From: an uncultured Bacilli bacterium
Lineage (GTDB): Bacteria > Bacillota_I > Bacilli_A > RF39 > UBA660
Reading direction: 5' to 3'
DNA: 33,444 nucleotides
NCBI GenBank assembly: GCA_944350145.1
Contig: CALVOC010000003.1
Coordinates: forward strand, 1-33,444
The notes beneath the pieces are model-generated. The model had not been told where the DNA came from, ran no database searches, and saw nothing but the letters and a program-made list of their open reading frames with translations. The position numbers and the translations under genes were made by a program. Shown here piece by piece: positions 1 through 11,905 of the stretch. How positions within the stretch are numbered: the stretch's first letter is position 1; each line of letters opens with the position of its first letter.

Positions 1-5
1 ATGAC

Positions 6-138
6 TTTCTGTATTTTTTTTAACTTATCCACTTTTTGTTTTGACTATGCATCAAATTTTACGAAAACTCAAAAAAAGTTTACAATAGGACTCACAGTTT
101 TGGCAATTTTTCAAACCACTTTACTAAAAATACAGAAA
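6..138. repeat. 13-bp perfect inverted repeat (TTTCTGTATTTTT ... AAAAATACAGAAA) enclosing 107 bp of non-coding DNA
   Basis: Arms at 6-18 and 126-138 are exact reverse complements. Function unknown, and the arms are AT-rich. Confidence 0.5.
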
Positions 139-172
139 ATAAAATAAAAATAAAGACTTTTAAATAAATATT

Positions 173-181
173 TGATAAAAT
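173..181 (+). promoter_or_regulatory. Putative sigma-A extended -10 promoter of trmB (TGATAAAAT)
   Basis: TGnTAAAAT about 30 nt upstream of the ATG, followed by an AAGGAG RBS. Confidence 0.5.
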
Positions 182-212
182 AAAAACGATATAAAAAACA
201 AGGAGAAAAACT

Positions 213-851
213 ATGGAATATATAAAAATTAAAAATGCAGATAAAATTGTTAAAAATTGTCCTTACGTTGTCAACAATCCTAAAGAATATAAAGGAAAAT
301 GGAATACTATTTTTAAAAACAAAAATCCTATTTATTTAGAATTAGGAATGGGCAGAGGCGACTTTATAATTGATATGGCCAAAACATATCCAAATATAAA
401 TTTTATTGGATTAGAAGCAATTGATTCCCAAATGGTTCGAGCAGTAGAAAACTTAACAAATAAAAATCTGCCGAACTTAAAACTAATAAATTGTAATGCG
501 GAAGAAGTAGACAATATTTTTCAAAAAGAAATTGATACAATATATCTAACTTTCTGCGATCCTTGGCCTAAAAAAATTGATGAAAAGAAAAGATTCACTC
601 ACGTAAATTTTTTAAAAAAATATGATAAAATCTTTAAAAAACAAAAACACATTATTTTAAAAACCGATAACAAAGGCTTTTTTGCTTATTCATTAGAATC
701 TTTATCTAATTACTGGTACACATTTAAAAGAGTAAGTCTAGATCTCCATCATGATGAAAATCCTATTCCAAACATTATGACAAACTATGAAAAACAATAT
801 TTTAAAGAAGGACGACCTATCTATTATGTAGATGCTCGTTTCGAAGATTAA
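213..851 (+). CDS. trmB: tRNA (guanine-N7)-methyltransferase TrmB
   Basis: ELGMGRG SAM-binding motif, FCDPWPKK, KTDN and MTNYE motifs; 212 aa; AAGGAG RBS. Confidence 0.92.
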   Translation: MEYIKIKNADKIVKNCPYVVNNPKEYKGKWNTIFKNKNPIYLELGMGRGDFIIDMAKTYPNINFIGLEAIDSQMVRAVENLTNKNLPNLKLINCNAEEVDNIFQKEIDTIYLTFCDPWPKKIDEKKRFTHVNFLKKYDKIFKKQKHIILKTDNKGFFAYSLESLSNYWYTFKRVSLDLHHDENPIPNIMTNYEKQYFKEGRPIYYVDARFED

Positions 852-1691
852 TTTATCCAGAAAATGGATATTTTTTTGAATAAACTCTTCTAAATCTTCT
901 AAATTTCCTCTAAAAGATCCCGTTGCCCATCCCGTATCATCATATTTAGACACTCGATTAAGACCAGGTAACTCTTGAATTTTTTCAAAATTTGTAACGG
1001 TTGGAATAAAATATTCCACATATACTTGTTCATGATCTTTTTTAATCTTTAAAGAAGTAGCGTGCCCATAATCACGAATAAGAACATACACAAAATTTTC
1101 ATCATAAGAAAGAATTCGAATATATCTACTTTCCAAATTTGTTGGAAACTTATCAAAAACATTTTTAGAAAAAGAAGTTTCTTTTCCACAAAGCACAAGA
1201 TTATTTTTTTCCAATACAATAGGAAAAACTTGAGAATAATTCAATTTATTAACAATATAAGAATGATAAAAATTCAAAAGTTCGTTAATAAAAGTACAAT
1301 TTTTTTGGATGGCTTTTAAATCAAAAGAAACTTTGTTTGCTACACAATTTTGATGAACAATATCCAAAAATTCAGGTTTTAAAGAAACAAATCTTTCAAA
1401 AACTAAACGTTCTATCCCCATCTGCGTACAATCACATTTATCTAAATCTTCTTGTAATTTTTGAAAAAATTGATCGACAAAATTTTCAAGCAAATCGGTA
1501 TATTCCAAAGAAGATAATTCTAATAAAGAAAGAAAACTCTTAAAAAATTTTTGAAATTGAGTACTTGTTCGATTTAATAAACGCAAAAATCTCTACATTT
1601 GATACGTTCCAACTAGCGAGTCCTTAGCTTTTAAAAGATTTAACAAAATCTTCTTAATATCTTCATCTTGTTTAAAAAAATCTTGAAGCAT
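738..1691 (-). pseudogene. Disrupted hypothetical protein gene (in-frame TAG; C-terminus runs into trmB)
   Basis: The frame of ORF 738..1586 continues upstream (MLQDFFKQDEDIKKILLNLLKAKDSLVGTYQM*RFLRLL) across one TAG at 1593-1595. The 3' end overlaps convergent trmB by 114 nt and crosses its terminator. Confidence 0.55.
854..877 (+). terminator. Intrinsic terminator of trmB
   Basis: TATCCA-GAAAA-TGGATA hairpin followed by T7, 2 nt after the trmB stop. Confidence 0.6.
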
Positions 1692-1726
1692 TTGTAAATT
1701 TTTTTGAACATCGTTATTTATAAAAA

Positions 1727-4658
<2,932 letters not shown>

Positions 4659-4662
<4 letters not shown>

Positions 4663-5018
4663 CTTCCCAAACCTTTCTCCAATTGTATTTGTTCTTCTAA
4701 CAAAACTAAAGCATCCTCTATACTTTCACCTTTAGCCTCATATAATTTTTCATACCGAAGTTTTCCTTCAATCATTTCTTCTTTTTCCAAAAAAGCACAA
4801 TAAAGTTGCTTACTTTTTTGAAACCGCAATCCGAAAGAAACAACATCAGATAATTTTTCTTTTATATTGGGATACAAAGTAAAATCAAAAGTATTATCGA
4901 AAATAGTGTGAATTGTTGTATATCCAGTCGGCCCTACTTTTTGAACCAAAGTCAAATAAGAAGAACCACGCCGATATATTCTCGTCAAAACATTTTCCAA
5001 AAAAAACTTTTCTTGCAT
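4659..5018 (-). CDS. Hypothetical protein (119 aa)
   Basis: Starts 4 nt after the pcrA stop and ends in an ATGA overlap with the next gene. No recognisable motif. Confidence 0.7.
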
Positions 5019-5022
5019 AAAC

Positions 5023-7107
5023 TCACGACACTTTCTTTAAACTCTTATGATTTTTCATTAATTTTCGAATTCCATATTGTTTACTAAAGGCAATAGTTAC
5101 TAACGAAGAATCCACTCCAACAACAACTCCTCGGCCATATATTGTATGCATTACCACATCACCAACGGCATAAGAAACGTCTTCTTGGGTATACATATCT
5201 TCTTTATGAATAACCTTTTCCGTAGGTTCCGAAAATTCTTTTTCAATCAAGTTACTATCAATTTCTTCAATAAAACGACTTGGAATATTCCGATTAATTT
5301 GACCATACATCATTCTTGACTTAGCATTAGACAAATACAATCTTTCCTTAGCCCTTGTAATCGCGACATAACATAGACGCCTTTCTTCTTCAATTCCTTC
5401 TGCATCATTAAAGCTATTTTGATGAGGAAAAATTCCATCTTCCATTCCAACTAGAAAAACAACTGGAAATTCAAGGCCTTTAGCACTATGCATTGTCATT
5501 AAAGTAACCACATCATCGGTATTTTTATGTTCTGAAATGTCGGCAACTAAACTAATTTCTTCCAAAAAATCGCCTAAATCAACACTTCCTGTAGTATCTT
5601 CATAAGTTTTCGTAATACTCCGAAACTCCATTAAGTTATCTAACCTAAGTTCACTTTCTAAAGAAGGATCTTTTGAAAGTTCCTCTTTCATTCCTGTTTT
5701 TTCTAATACTTCATCAACCAATTCAGTTAAAGAAGAAGATTCACTAAATTTTTGTAAATCCAAAATCAACTGTTTAAATTCAAGTTCTTTTGGTGTATGC
5801 AAAACTTCAAACATACTCACACTTTTTTCAAGAGCCTCATTAGCAAGTTTAGCAATACTAGAACTTCCAATTCCTCTTTTAGGTACATTAATAACTCTTT
5901 CTAAAGAAACATTATCATGAACATTCAAAATAAGACGCAAATAACAAATCAAATCTTTAATTTCTTTACGAGCATAAAAATAATAACTTCCAACAACTTT
6001 ATAAGGAATATTTGCTTTTAAAAATTGTTCTTCTACAACTCGAGCTTGTGCATTCGTTCGATAAAAAACTGCAATATCTTTATTTTTATACCCCAATTCA
6101 AATAATTTTCTTATCTCGGAAATCACCAAAGAAATTTCATTTTTCTCATCATAAGCTCGCATATATTTAATTTTTAAACCATCTCCATGATGACTTCTTA
6201 AATTTTTTTCTTTTCGTTCTTTGTTATTCTTAATAACACTATTAGCTGCATCCAAAATCATTTTTGTACTTCGATAATTATCCTCTAAAGAAACAACTTT
6301 TGCATTGGGATAATCTCTTTCAAAATTCAAAATATTTTTATAGTTCGCTCCACGAAACTGATAAATCGATTGATCCGGATCACCAACAACGAACAAATTT
6401 TGATACTTACGAGCTAATAATTTTACTAATTTATATTGAACTTCATTCGTATCTTGATACTCATCAATTAAAATGTATTGAAATTTATCTTGATAATGCT
6501 CCAATACCTCAGGATGCTCTTGAAATAACAAAACAGGCAACCTTAATAAATCATCAAAATCTACAGAATTGTTCCGTTTTAATTTCAAATTGTATTCCAA
6601 ATAAACTTCATAAGCTATTTTTTCAACATCACTTTGAAAAAATTTTTCAATTTCAGCATTCGTTAACATTTCGTTTTTAATAAAGCTAATTCGATTACGA
6701 ATATAAGAAGGAGAAACTTCTTTACTATCATAACCCTTTTCTTTTAAAATCTTCTTTATCAAACTTAAAACATCATCACTATCCAAAATAGTAAAATTTC
6801 TTTCCATACCGAGCTTTAAAACATTTTCACGAATAATTCTCATGCCAAAAGAATGAAATGTTCCGACAAAAGCATCATTGTCAGAAACAATTTTTTCTAA
6901 TCTTTCCTTCATTTCTTTAGCAGCCTTATTCGTAAAAGTTATAGCTAAAATATGATACGAATCGATACCACTTTCTATTAGTTTTGCGATTCGCGTTGTT
7001 AAAACTTTTGTTTTACCACTACCGGCTCCTGCTATAACTAAACAAGGTCCATCTTTATGTAAAACCGCTTCTCTTTGTAAATCATTTAAACTTGTTAAAT
7101 CAATCAT
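5023..7107 (-). CDS. pcrA: ATP-dependent DNA helicase PcrA/UvrD
   Basis: AGAGSGKT Walker A, DEYQD, VGDPDQSIY, HSAKGLEF, EERRLCYVAITRA and a C-terminal Tudor-like domain. Confidence 0.96.
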   Translation of the reverse strand: MIDLTSLNDLQREAVLHKDGPCLVIAGAGSGKTKVLTTRIAKLIESGIDSYHILAITFTNKAAKEMKERLEKIVSDNDAFVGTFHSFGMRIIRENVLKLGMERNFTILDSDDVLSLIKKILKEKGYDSKEVSPSYIRNRISFIKNEMLTNAEIEKFFQSDVEKIAYEVYLEYNLKLKRNNSVDFDDLLRLPVLLFQEHPEVLEHYQDKFQYILIDEYQDTNEVQYKLVKLLARKYQNLFVVGDPDQSIYQFRGANYKNILNFERDYPNAKVVSLEDNYRSTKMILDAANSVIKNNKERKEKNLRSHHGDGLKIKYMRAYDEKNEISLVISEIRKLFELGYKNKDIAVFYRTNAQARVVEEQFLKANIPYKVVGSYYFYARKEIKDLICYLRLILNVHDNVSLERVINVPKRGIGSSSIAKLANEALEKSVSMFEVLHTPKELEFKQLILDLQKFSESSSLTELVDEVLEKTGMKEELSKDPSLESELRLDNLMEFRSITKTYEDTTGSVDLGDFLEEISLVADISEHKNTDDVVTLMTMHSAKGLEFPVVFLVGMEDGIFPHQNSFNDAEGIEEERRLCYVAITRAKERLYLSNAKSRMMYGQINRNIPSRFIEEIDSNLIEKEFSEPTEKVIHKEDMYTQEDVSYAVGDVVMHTIYGRGVVVGVDSSLVTIAFSKQYGIRKLMKNHKSLKKVS

Positions 7108-7125
7108 GTCTATTACCTCATAAAC

Positions 7126-7134
7126 ATTATAACA
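7126..7134 (-). promoter_or_regulatory. Putative sigma-A extended -10 promoter of pcrA (TGTTATAAT)
   Basis: Perfect TGnTATAAT immediately upstream of the GAGGT RBS. Confidence 0.65.
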
Positions 7135-7202
7135 AAGCTCTAAATAAAAAAGAAGATGAATGACAAAAAATAGACAAGAAAAAAGGAAAGAAAAATCCTT
7201 CC

Positions 7203-8714
7203 TTAAATAATTTCTTTTATTAAACTACCCGATTCTCGCATTTCTTTCGGAACAGTAATATCCATATATTCTAAAATAGTTGGAGCAACATTTGTTAAAT
7301 CTCCTTTTTCTTTTAAAACAACTTTTTCATCTGTTATAAGGAAAGGAACTAAACTTGTTGTATGAGTAGTTACAGGATGTCCTTGAGCATCAAGCATTTG
7401 ATCGGCATTTCCATGATCTGCTAAAACAATCAATGTATAGAAATTTTCTTGAGCTTTTTCATAAAGCATTTTTAAACACAGATCCACGGTTACACATGCT
7501 TTCACAGTTGCGTCTAGATTTCCTGTATGGCCAACCATATCGGGATTTGCATAATTCACTAAGATAAAATCATAATCTTTTTCCATACAAGCCACACATT
7601 TTTTAGTAACTTCAATTGCACTCATTTCAGGTTTTAAATCATATGTTGCAACTTTAGGAGATGGAATCAAGAACTTCTGACAACCACTTAAAGAAGCATT
7701 GCTTTCTGCATCAAAGAAATAAGTAACATGAGCATACTTTTCTGTTTCAGCAATTCGGGCTTGTGTTAACCCCAAATCGGCAAAGTAAACTCCCAATGGA
7801 TTAGTAATTTTTGGCCTCTCCAAAAAATTGTGAGTTTTAATCTTAGGATCAATAGGTAAAAAAGAATACACTTTTAAATTTGGCATTGGAACAATAGCAA
7901 AATCTTCAAAAGAATTTTGAACAAAAGAAGCAACAATTTGTTTCGCACGATCTGTACGATAATTCATCCATAAAACGGCATCACCATCACGTATACCTTG
8001 AAAATCTTTCGTTTTAATCGGAGGTAAAAACTCATCTGTAATATTATTTCCATAACATTTTTGAATCATTAAAGGAATACTAGAAGCAAATAGTCCCTCC
8101 CCTTTAACAAGCAAATCATAATATTTTTTAGTACGATCAAAATTCTTATCACGGTCCATAGCATAATAACGACCACAAATGGACGCAATATACCCTACAC
8201 CTGTCTCATTCATTTTCTCTTCCAACTTAGAAATATAAGTATATAAAGATTTTGGATCGGTATCTCTACCATCACTTATAATATGAAAATAAACTTCCGA
8301 TATCTTTTCTTTATATAAAATATCTATCATTTGCATAAAATGTTCAAAGCTAGAATGAACTTTACCATCACTTAACAAGCCAATAATATGTAAAGGCTTT
8401 TCAGTCTCATGTAAATAATCTAACATATCTAAAAAATTAGAGTTAAGTTCCACATCGCCATTCAAAAACTCACGAATTAAAGCAATACTTTGTAAAATTT
8501 TTCTTCCAGCACCAATAGTCATATGACCAACTTCACTATTTCCAAACTGTCCTTTTTCTAATCCAACAGCTTCCTCACTGGCTTCTAATAAAGTATGTGG
8601 ATATTTTTTCCACAAATTCAGAAAATTATCTGGAGGAGCCATCTTTACAGCATTACCTAAAGTATTTTCACTCCAACCAAACCCATCTAATATAACTGTT
8701 AATATTTTTTTCAT
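7203..8714 (-). CDS. gpmI: 2,3-bisphosphoglycerate-independent phosphoglycerate mutase
   Basis: ILDGFG, GNSEVGH (catalytic Ser), GRYYAMDRD, AETEKYAHVT, NPDMVGHTG, ADHGN; AGGAGG RBS. Confidence 0.96.
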   Translation of the reverse strand: MKKILTVILDGFGWSENTLGNAVKMAPPDNFLNLWKKYPHTLLEASEEAVGLEKGQFGNSEVGHMTIGAGRKILQSIALIREFLNGDVELNSNFLDMLDYLHETEKPLHIIGLLSDGKVHSSFEHFMQMIDILYKEKISEVYFHIISDGRDTDPKSLYTYISKLEEKMNETGVGYIASICGRYYAMDRDKNFDRTKKYYDLLVKGEGLFASSIPLMIQKCYGNNITDEFLPPIKTKDFQGIRDGDAVLWMNYRTDRAKQIVASFVQNSFEDFAIVPMPNLKVYSFLPIDPKIKTHNFLERPKITNPLGVYFADLGLTQARIAETEKYAHVTYFFDAESNASLSGCQKFLIPSPKVATYDLKPEMSAIEVTKKCVACMEKDYDFILVNYANPDMVGHTGNLDATVKACVTVDLCLKMLYEKAQENFYTLIVLADHGNADQMLDAQGHPVTTHTTSLVPFLITDEKVVLKEKGDLTNVAPTILEYMDITVPKEMRESGSLIKEII

Positions 8715-8900
8715 CAAATATCCTCCTCATAAAAGATATCAACATAAGAAAAAAGATTTTTGGTATCCAAATCAATAGTATCATTTATTTACTAAATTTT
8801 CAACAATGAAAAAAGGAAATAAACCATTATTCTTGTATAGGTATTTTCTTAGAAAAGAGGCCAAAAATATTTTACGCATTAAATAACGATCTTTAAATGT

Positions 8901-8995
8901 ATTAGAAATATGCAAAACTAAATGATGATTTAGAAAGTATCCAAAAGATAACTGGACTAGATAAAAAAACAATAAATAAAATTCTAAACGGTTAA
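8901..8995 (+). pseudogene. Frameshifted relic resembling the C-terminal helical tail of Rpn/PD-(D/E)XK nuclease family proteins
   Basis: IRNMQ in one frame, then LNDDLESIQKITGLDKKTINKILNG* in the adjacent frame (joined by adding one A at 8914-8917). Resembles the IAKNML...DIETIxKITGLSxEEI pattern; recognised by eye only. Confidence 0.5.
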
Positions 8996-9000
8996 TATCA

Positions 9001-9033
9001 AAAAAAGAATTGTTTTAATTTTACAATTCTTTT
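9001..9033 (-). terminator. Intrinsic (probably bidirectional) terminator after spo0A
   Basis: AAAAGAATTGT-N9-ACAATTCTTTT inverted repeat with A/T tails, 4 nt from the spo0A stop. Confidence 0.7.
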
Positions 9034-9037
9034 GATT

Positions 9038-9817
9038 TTAATTATAGACAGGCAAATGATTTGCTTCTAAACGAAGTGCATCAGACAAAGTAACCATAAA
9101 TTCTGAATTCGTTGGTTTTGCACGATCATAATCAATACTATGTCCGAAAATTTTATTCATAGTATTATAATCCGCACGATTCCAACTCACTTCAATAGCA
9201 TGACGAATAGCTCTTTCTACTCTAGAAGCAGTTGTATTATATCTAAGAGCAATTTCCGGATAAACTTCTTTAGTTATTCCACCAATTAAACCAGTGGATT
9301 GATAAAGCATCAAGATTCCTTCTCTTAAATATTGATATCCTTTAATCTGAGAAGGAACTCCAAGTGTATGTAATAAGTCAGTAACTCGCATTTGAATCTC
9401 ATGACTAACTTTTTTATCTAAATAAAGTTCATTTTTATTTTCAACCATAATTTCTTTAATACGATTTTCTAATGAATGTAAATCACAAGGTTTAAGCATA
9501 TAATAATCAACTTCAAAATGAGCAGTCATACGTATCGTATAATCTTTTCGATAGCTTGACAAAACAATAACATGTTTTTTTATCTTCATTTTTTCTAAAT
9601 CTTCTAAAATAGCTAACCCATCTTTACCTGGCATAATAAGATCCATTAGAATAACATCAATTTCATTTTGATGTTCAACAATATAAGAAAAAGCTTTTTC
9701 TCCATCAGTTAAAACATCTAAAATATTGATCACTGCGTTGTTTTTGAAATACTCCTTCACACTACTCGTAAACTCCATACTGTCATCTACTACTAATGCG
9801 TTAATTTTTGTTTTCAT
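9038..9817 (-). CDS. spo0A: Sporulation master regulator Spo0A
   Basis: Receiver domain (VVDD, LMDLIMP phospho-Asp, LKP) plus the Spo0A C-terminal signature IKGYQYLRE..ITKEVYPEIA..TTASRVERAIRHAIEVSW..KPTNSEF. Start moved to ATG 9817 behind AAGGAG. Confidence 0.96.
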   Translation of the reverse strand: MKTKINALVVDDSMEFTSSVKEYFKNNAVINILDVLTDGEKAFSYIVEHQNEIDVILMDLIMPGKDGLAILEDLEKMKIKKHVIVLSSYRKDYTIRMTAHFEVDYYMLKPCDLHSLENRIKEIMVENKNELYLDKKVSHEIQMRVTDLLHTLGVPSQIKGYQYLREGILMLYQSTGLIGGITKEVYPEIALRYNTTASRVERAIRHAIEVSWNRADYNTMNKIFGHSIDYDRAKPTNSEFMVTLSDALRLEANHLPVYN

Positions 9818-9863
9818 TTTTCTCTCCTTTTTAAAGTACTTCCACATTTACAACACGCACCTT

Positions 9864-9940
9864 AATAGTAGCAAATATTTTGTCAAATTACTAGAGATAT
9901 AATTGTCTAGTTATGTATACTTGTGTCAAACTGTGTCGAA
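9864..9940 (-). promoter_or_regulatory. spo0A promoter region with a cluster of Spo0A-box-like motifs
   Basis: Extended -10 TGCTACTAT on the minus strand (9864-9872). Plus-strand TGTCAAA 9881, TGTCTAG 9904, TGTATAC 9914, TGTCAAA 9924, perfect TGTCGAA 9934. Confidence 0.6.
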
Positions 9941-10644
9941 CCATCATCATTTTGCAAAAATTTTACAAGATTTTTAGCTCTTTTGCAGAAATTTCCCAAC
10001 AATAATCCATCAATGGCATCATTATCATAAATTTGTCGAATATTAGAAGAAGAAATACCTCCACCATAAAAAAGTGGAAAATCGTATTTATATTCAAATT
10101 GCAACTCTTTTTTTAATTGATAAAAAAGATTAGAAATTTCAGAAACAGAAAGAATTTCATTTCCTCCAATTAACCAGGAAGGTTCATAAACGAATGTAAC
10201 CTTATTGTAATCTTTAGGTAAAACACGCGACAAGTAAGCACGTATTTTATTCATTAACTTAACATAAGAATATTGATAATCATGTTCTTCTTTAGTATCT
10301 GAAATAATGACATAAGCTTGCATACCTTCACTGACAACTCTTCGAAGTTTTTTCAATTTATTTTCAAAAGTATCCTCAATTTCAGAATGTCCAATTAAAA
10401 CTCCATAAACATCAAGACTTTTTAAGGCTTGGGCAGAAACTTTACCTGTATAACTGCCATTGCCATAACAAGAAACATCTTGTGCACCAATCTTATAATA
10501 CTTAGAATGCATTATAGGTAAATAACAAAAAGGAGGACAAATAATTAAAGAAAAACTTCCTACACAATTTTCTAGTTCCTTTTTGTATTTTAAAATGTCT
10601 TGTAAAGAATGTTCCATTTTTAAATTACATATCAAGGGTTTCAA
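9907..10644 (-). CDS. tpiA: Triosephosphate isomerase-like protein, divergent
   Basis: NLK, GAQD, YTG, GHSE, YEP, YGGG and IDG motifs; lies after pgk. Start set at TTG 10644 behind AGGAGG inside the pgk 3' end. Several substrate loops are non-canonical. Confidence 0.85.
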   Translation of the reverse strand: MKPLICNLKMEHSLQDILKYKKELENCVGSFSLIICPPFCYLPIMHSKYYKIGAQDVSCYGNGSYTGKVSAQALKSLDVYGVLIGHSEIEDTFENKLKKLRRVVSEGMQAYVIISDTKEEHDYQYSYVKLMNKIRAYLSRVLPKDYNKVTFVYEPSWLIGGNEILSVSEISNLFYQLKKELQFEYKYDFPLFYGGGISSSNIRQIYDNDAIDGLLLGNFCKRAKNLVKFLQNDDGSTQFDTSIHN

Positions 10645-11836
10645 TCGTACTCTCCTCCTCAATCGCATCTAATGCAACTAAATGACCACTTGCTAAATAT
10701 TCCAAAGTTGCACCACCACCAGAAGAAATATAGGTAAACTTATTAGCAAAGCCAAAATTTCGAACACTAGAAGCCGAATCGCCTCCGCCACAAACACTAA
10801 CAGCCTTACTAGAAGTAATCATTTGTAATAACTCTTTGGTACCATTTGCAAATTTTTGATCTTCATATACTCCAACCGTTCCATTAAGAAAAATAGTTTG
10901 ACTTTCTTCAATAACTGTTTTGTATTTTTGCAAGGTTCGAGTTCCTATATCAAATAGAACTTCATTATCATCAATATCTGTGATCAACTTATATTTCACA
11001 TAATTTTTATCATAAGTACTTCCAACAATAACATCTACAGGCAACATAATTTTGTCTTTATATTTTAAAAGCATTTGTTTTACTTTTTCTAAAACCTGTG
11101 GATTTTCAGAAGTAATAGATTCTCCAATATTAAAGCCAAGTGCTTTTAGACAAGTGTTGGCAATTCCACCACCGCAAAGCAAATGTTCGCATTTTGGAAG
11201 TAAAGATTCAATCAAAGTAATCTTATCATCCATCTTAGCTCCTCCCATTATAACGGTAAATGGATGAATTGCATGAACTACTAAACGATCAAGCATTCCA
11301 ATTTCTTTTTGCATCAAAAATCCAATACAACTAGGAATATGTGTAGAAATACCATAAGTTGAAGCATGTTTACGATGAGCAGTCGCGAATGCATCATTGA
11401 CGAAAACATCCCCAAGACTTGCCCAAAATAAACTTAACTGAGCATCACATTTACTTTCTAACTTATTAGGATAATCCATAAACCGAGTGTTTTCTAACAT
11501 CAAAATTTCTTTTGGCTTCATAGATTTAACTCTTTTAACTACTTCACTTCCAAAATTTTCTTTAGAAAAATAAACTTCTTGTCCCAATAATTCTTTCAAT
11601 CGTTTTGCAACAATTTCTAAAGAATATATAGTTTTGTCGCGTTCATTTCGTATCTTTCCAAAATGGCTTAAAAGAACAATTTGACAATTTTCTCCCAGCA
11701 AATAATAAATAGTTTCTAAAGTTTCCTTAATCTTTGAATCATCTAATATACTTCCATTCAAAACTGGAACATTATAATCAACTCGAAGAATTACTCGCTT
11801 ATCGCGAACATTCATATTTTGTAAACATTTTTTCAT
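10625..11836 (-). CDS. pgk: Phosphoglycerate kinase
   Basis: RVDYNVP, LENTRF, NDAFATAHR, MGGAK, GGGDS and ISSGGGATLE motifs. Confidence 0.95.
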   Translation of the reverse strand: MKKCLQNMNVRDKRVILRVDYNVPVLNGSILDDSKIKETLETIYYLLGENCQIVLLSHFGKIRNERDKTIYSLEIVAKRLKELLGQEVYFSKENFGSEVVKRVKSMKPKEILMLENTRFMDYPNKLESKCDAQLSLFWASLGDVFVNDAFATAHRKHASTYGISTHIPSCIGFLMQKEIGMLDRLVVHAIHPFTVIMGGAKMDDKITLIESLLPKCEHLLCGGGIANTCLKALGFNIGESITSENPQVLEKVKQMLLKYKDKIMLPVDVIVGSTYDKNYVKYKLITDIDDNEVLFDIGTRTLQKYKTVIEESQTIFLNGTVGVYEDQKFANGTKELLQMITSSKAVSVCGGGDSASSVRNFGFANKFTYISSGGGATLEYLASGHLVALDAIEEESTIETLDM

Positions 11837-11863
11837 TTTATCCCCTACTTTACTTTCAAAAAT

Positions 11864-11892
11864 ATTATACCCAAAAAAAAGAAAATTAGCAA
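11864..11892 (-). promoter_or_regulatory. Putative sigma-A promoter of pgk-tpi (TTGCTA-17-TATAAT)
   Basis: -10 at 11864-11869, -35 at 11887-11892, 17-bp spacer. Confidence 0.65.
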
Positions 11893-11905
11893 TTCTTTAC
11901 AAATC

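Noticed and set aside
1593-1595. Alternative genetic code (TAG or TGA recoding)
   Set aside because: TAG ends ligA, ssb, rpsR and others, and TGA ends ftsX and pcrA, at the expected protein lengths.
8826-8934. Sigma-E-like promoter strings (TTCTAAAT...CATATTT) upstream of gpmI
   Set aside because: Far from the start, imperfect spacing, and explained by the antisense pseudogene sequence.
8781-8972. 63-aa minus-strand ORF upstream of gpmI
   Set aside because: No RBS, atypical composition, and antisense to the more protein-like Rpn-type relic.
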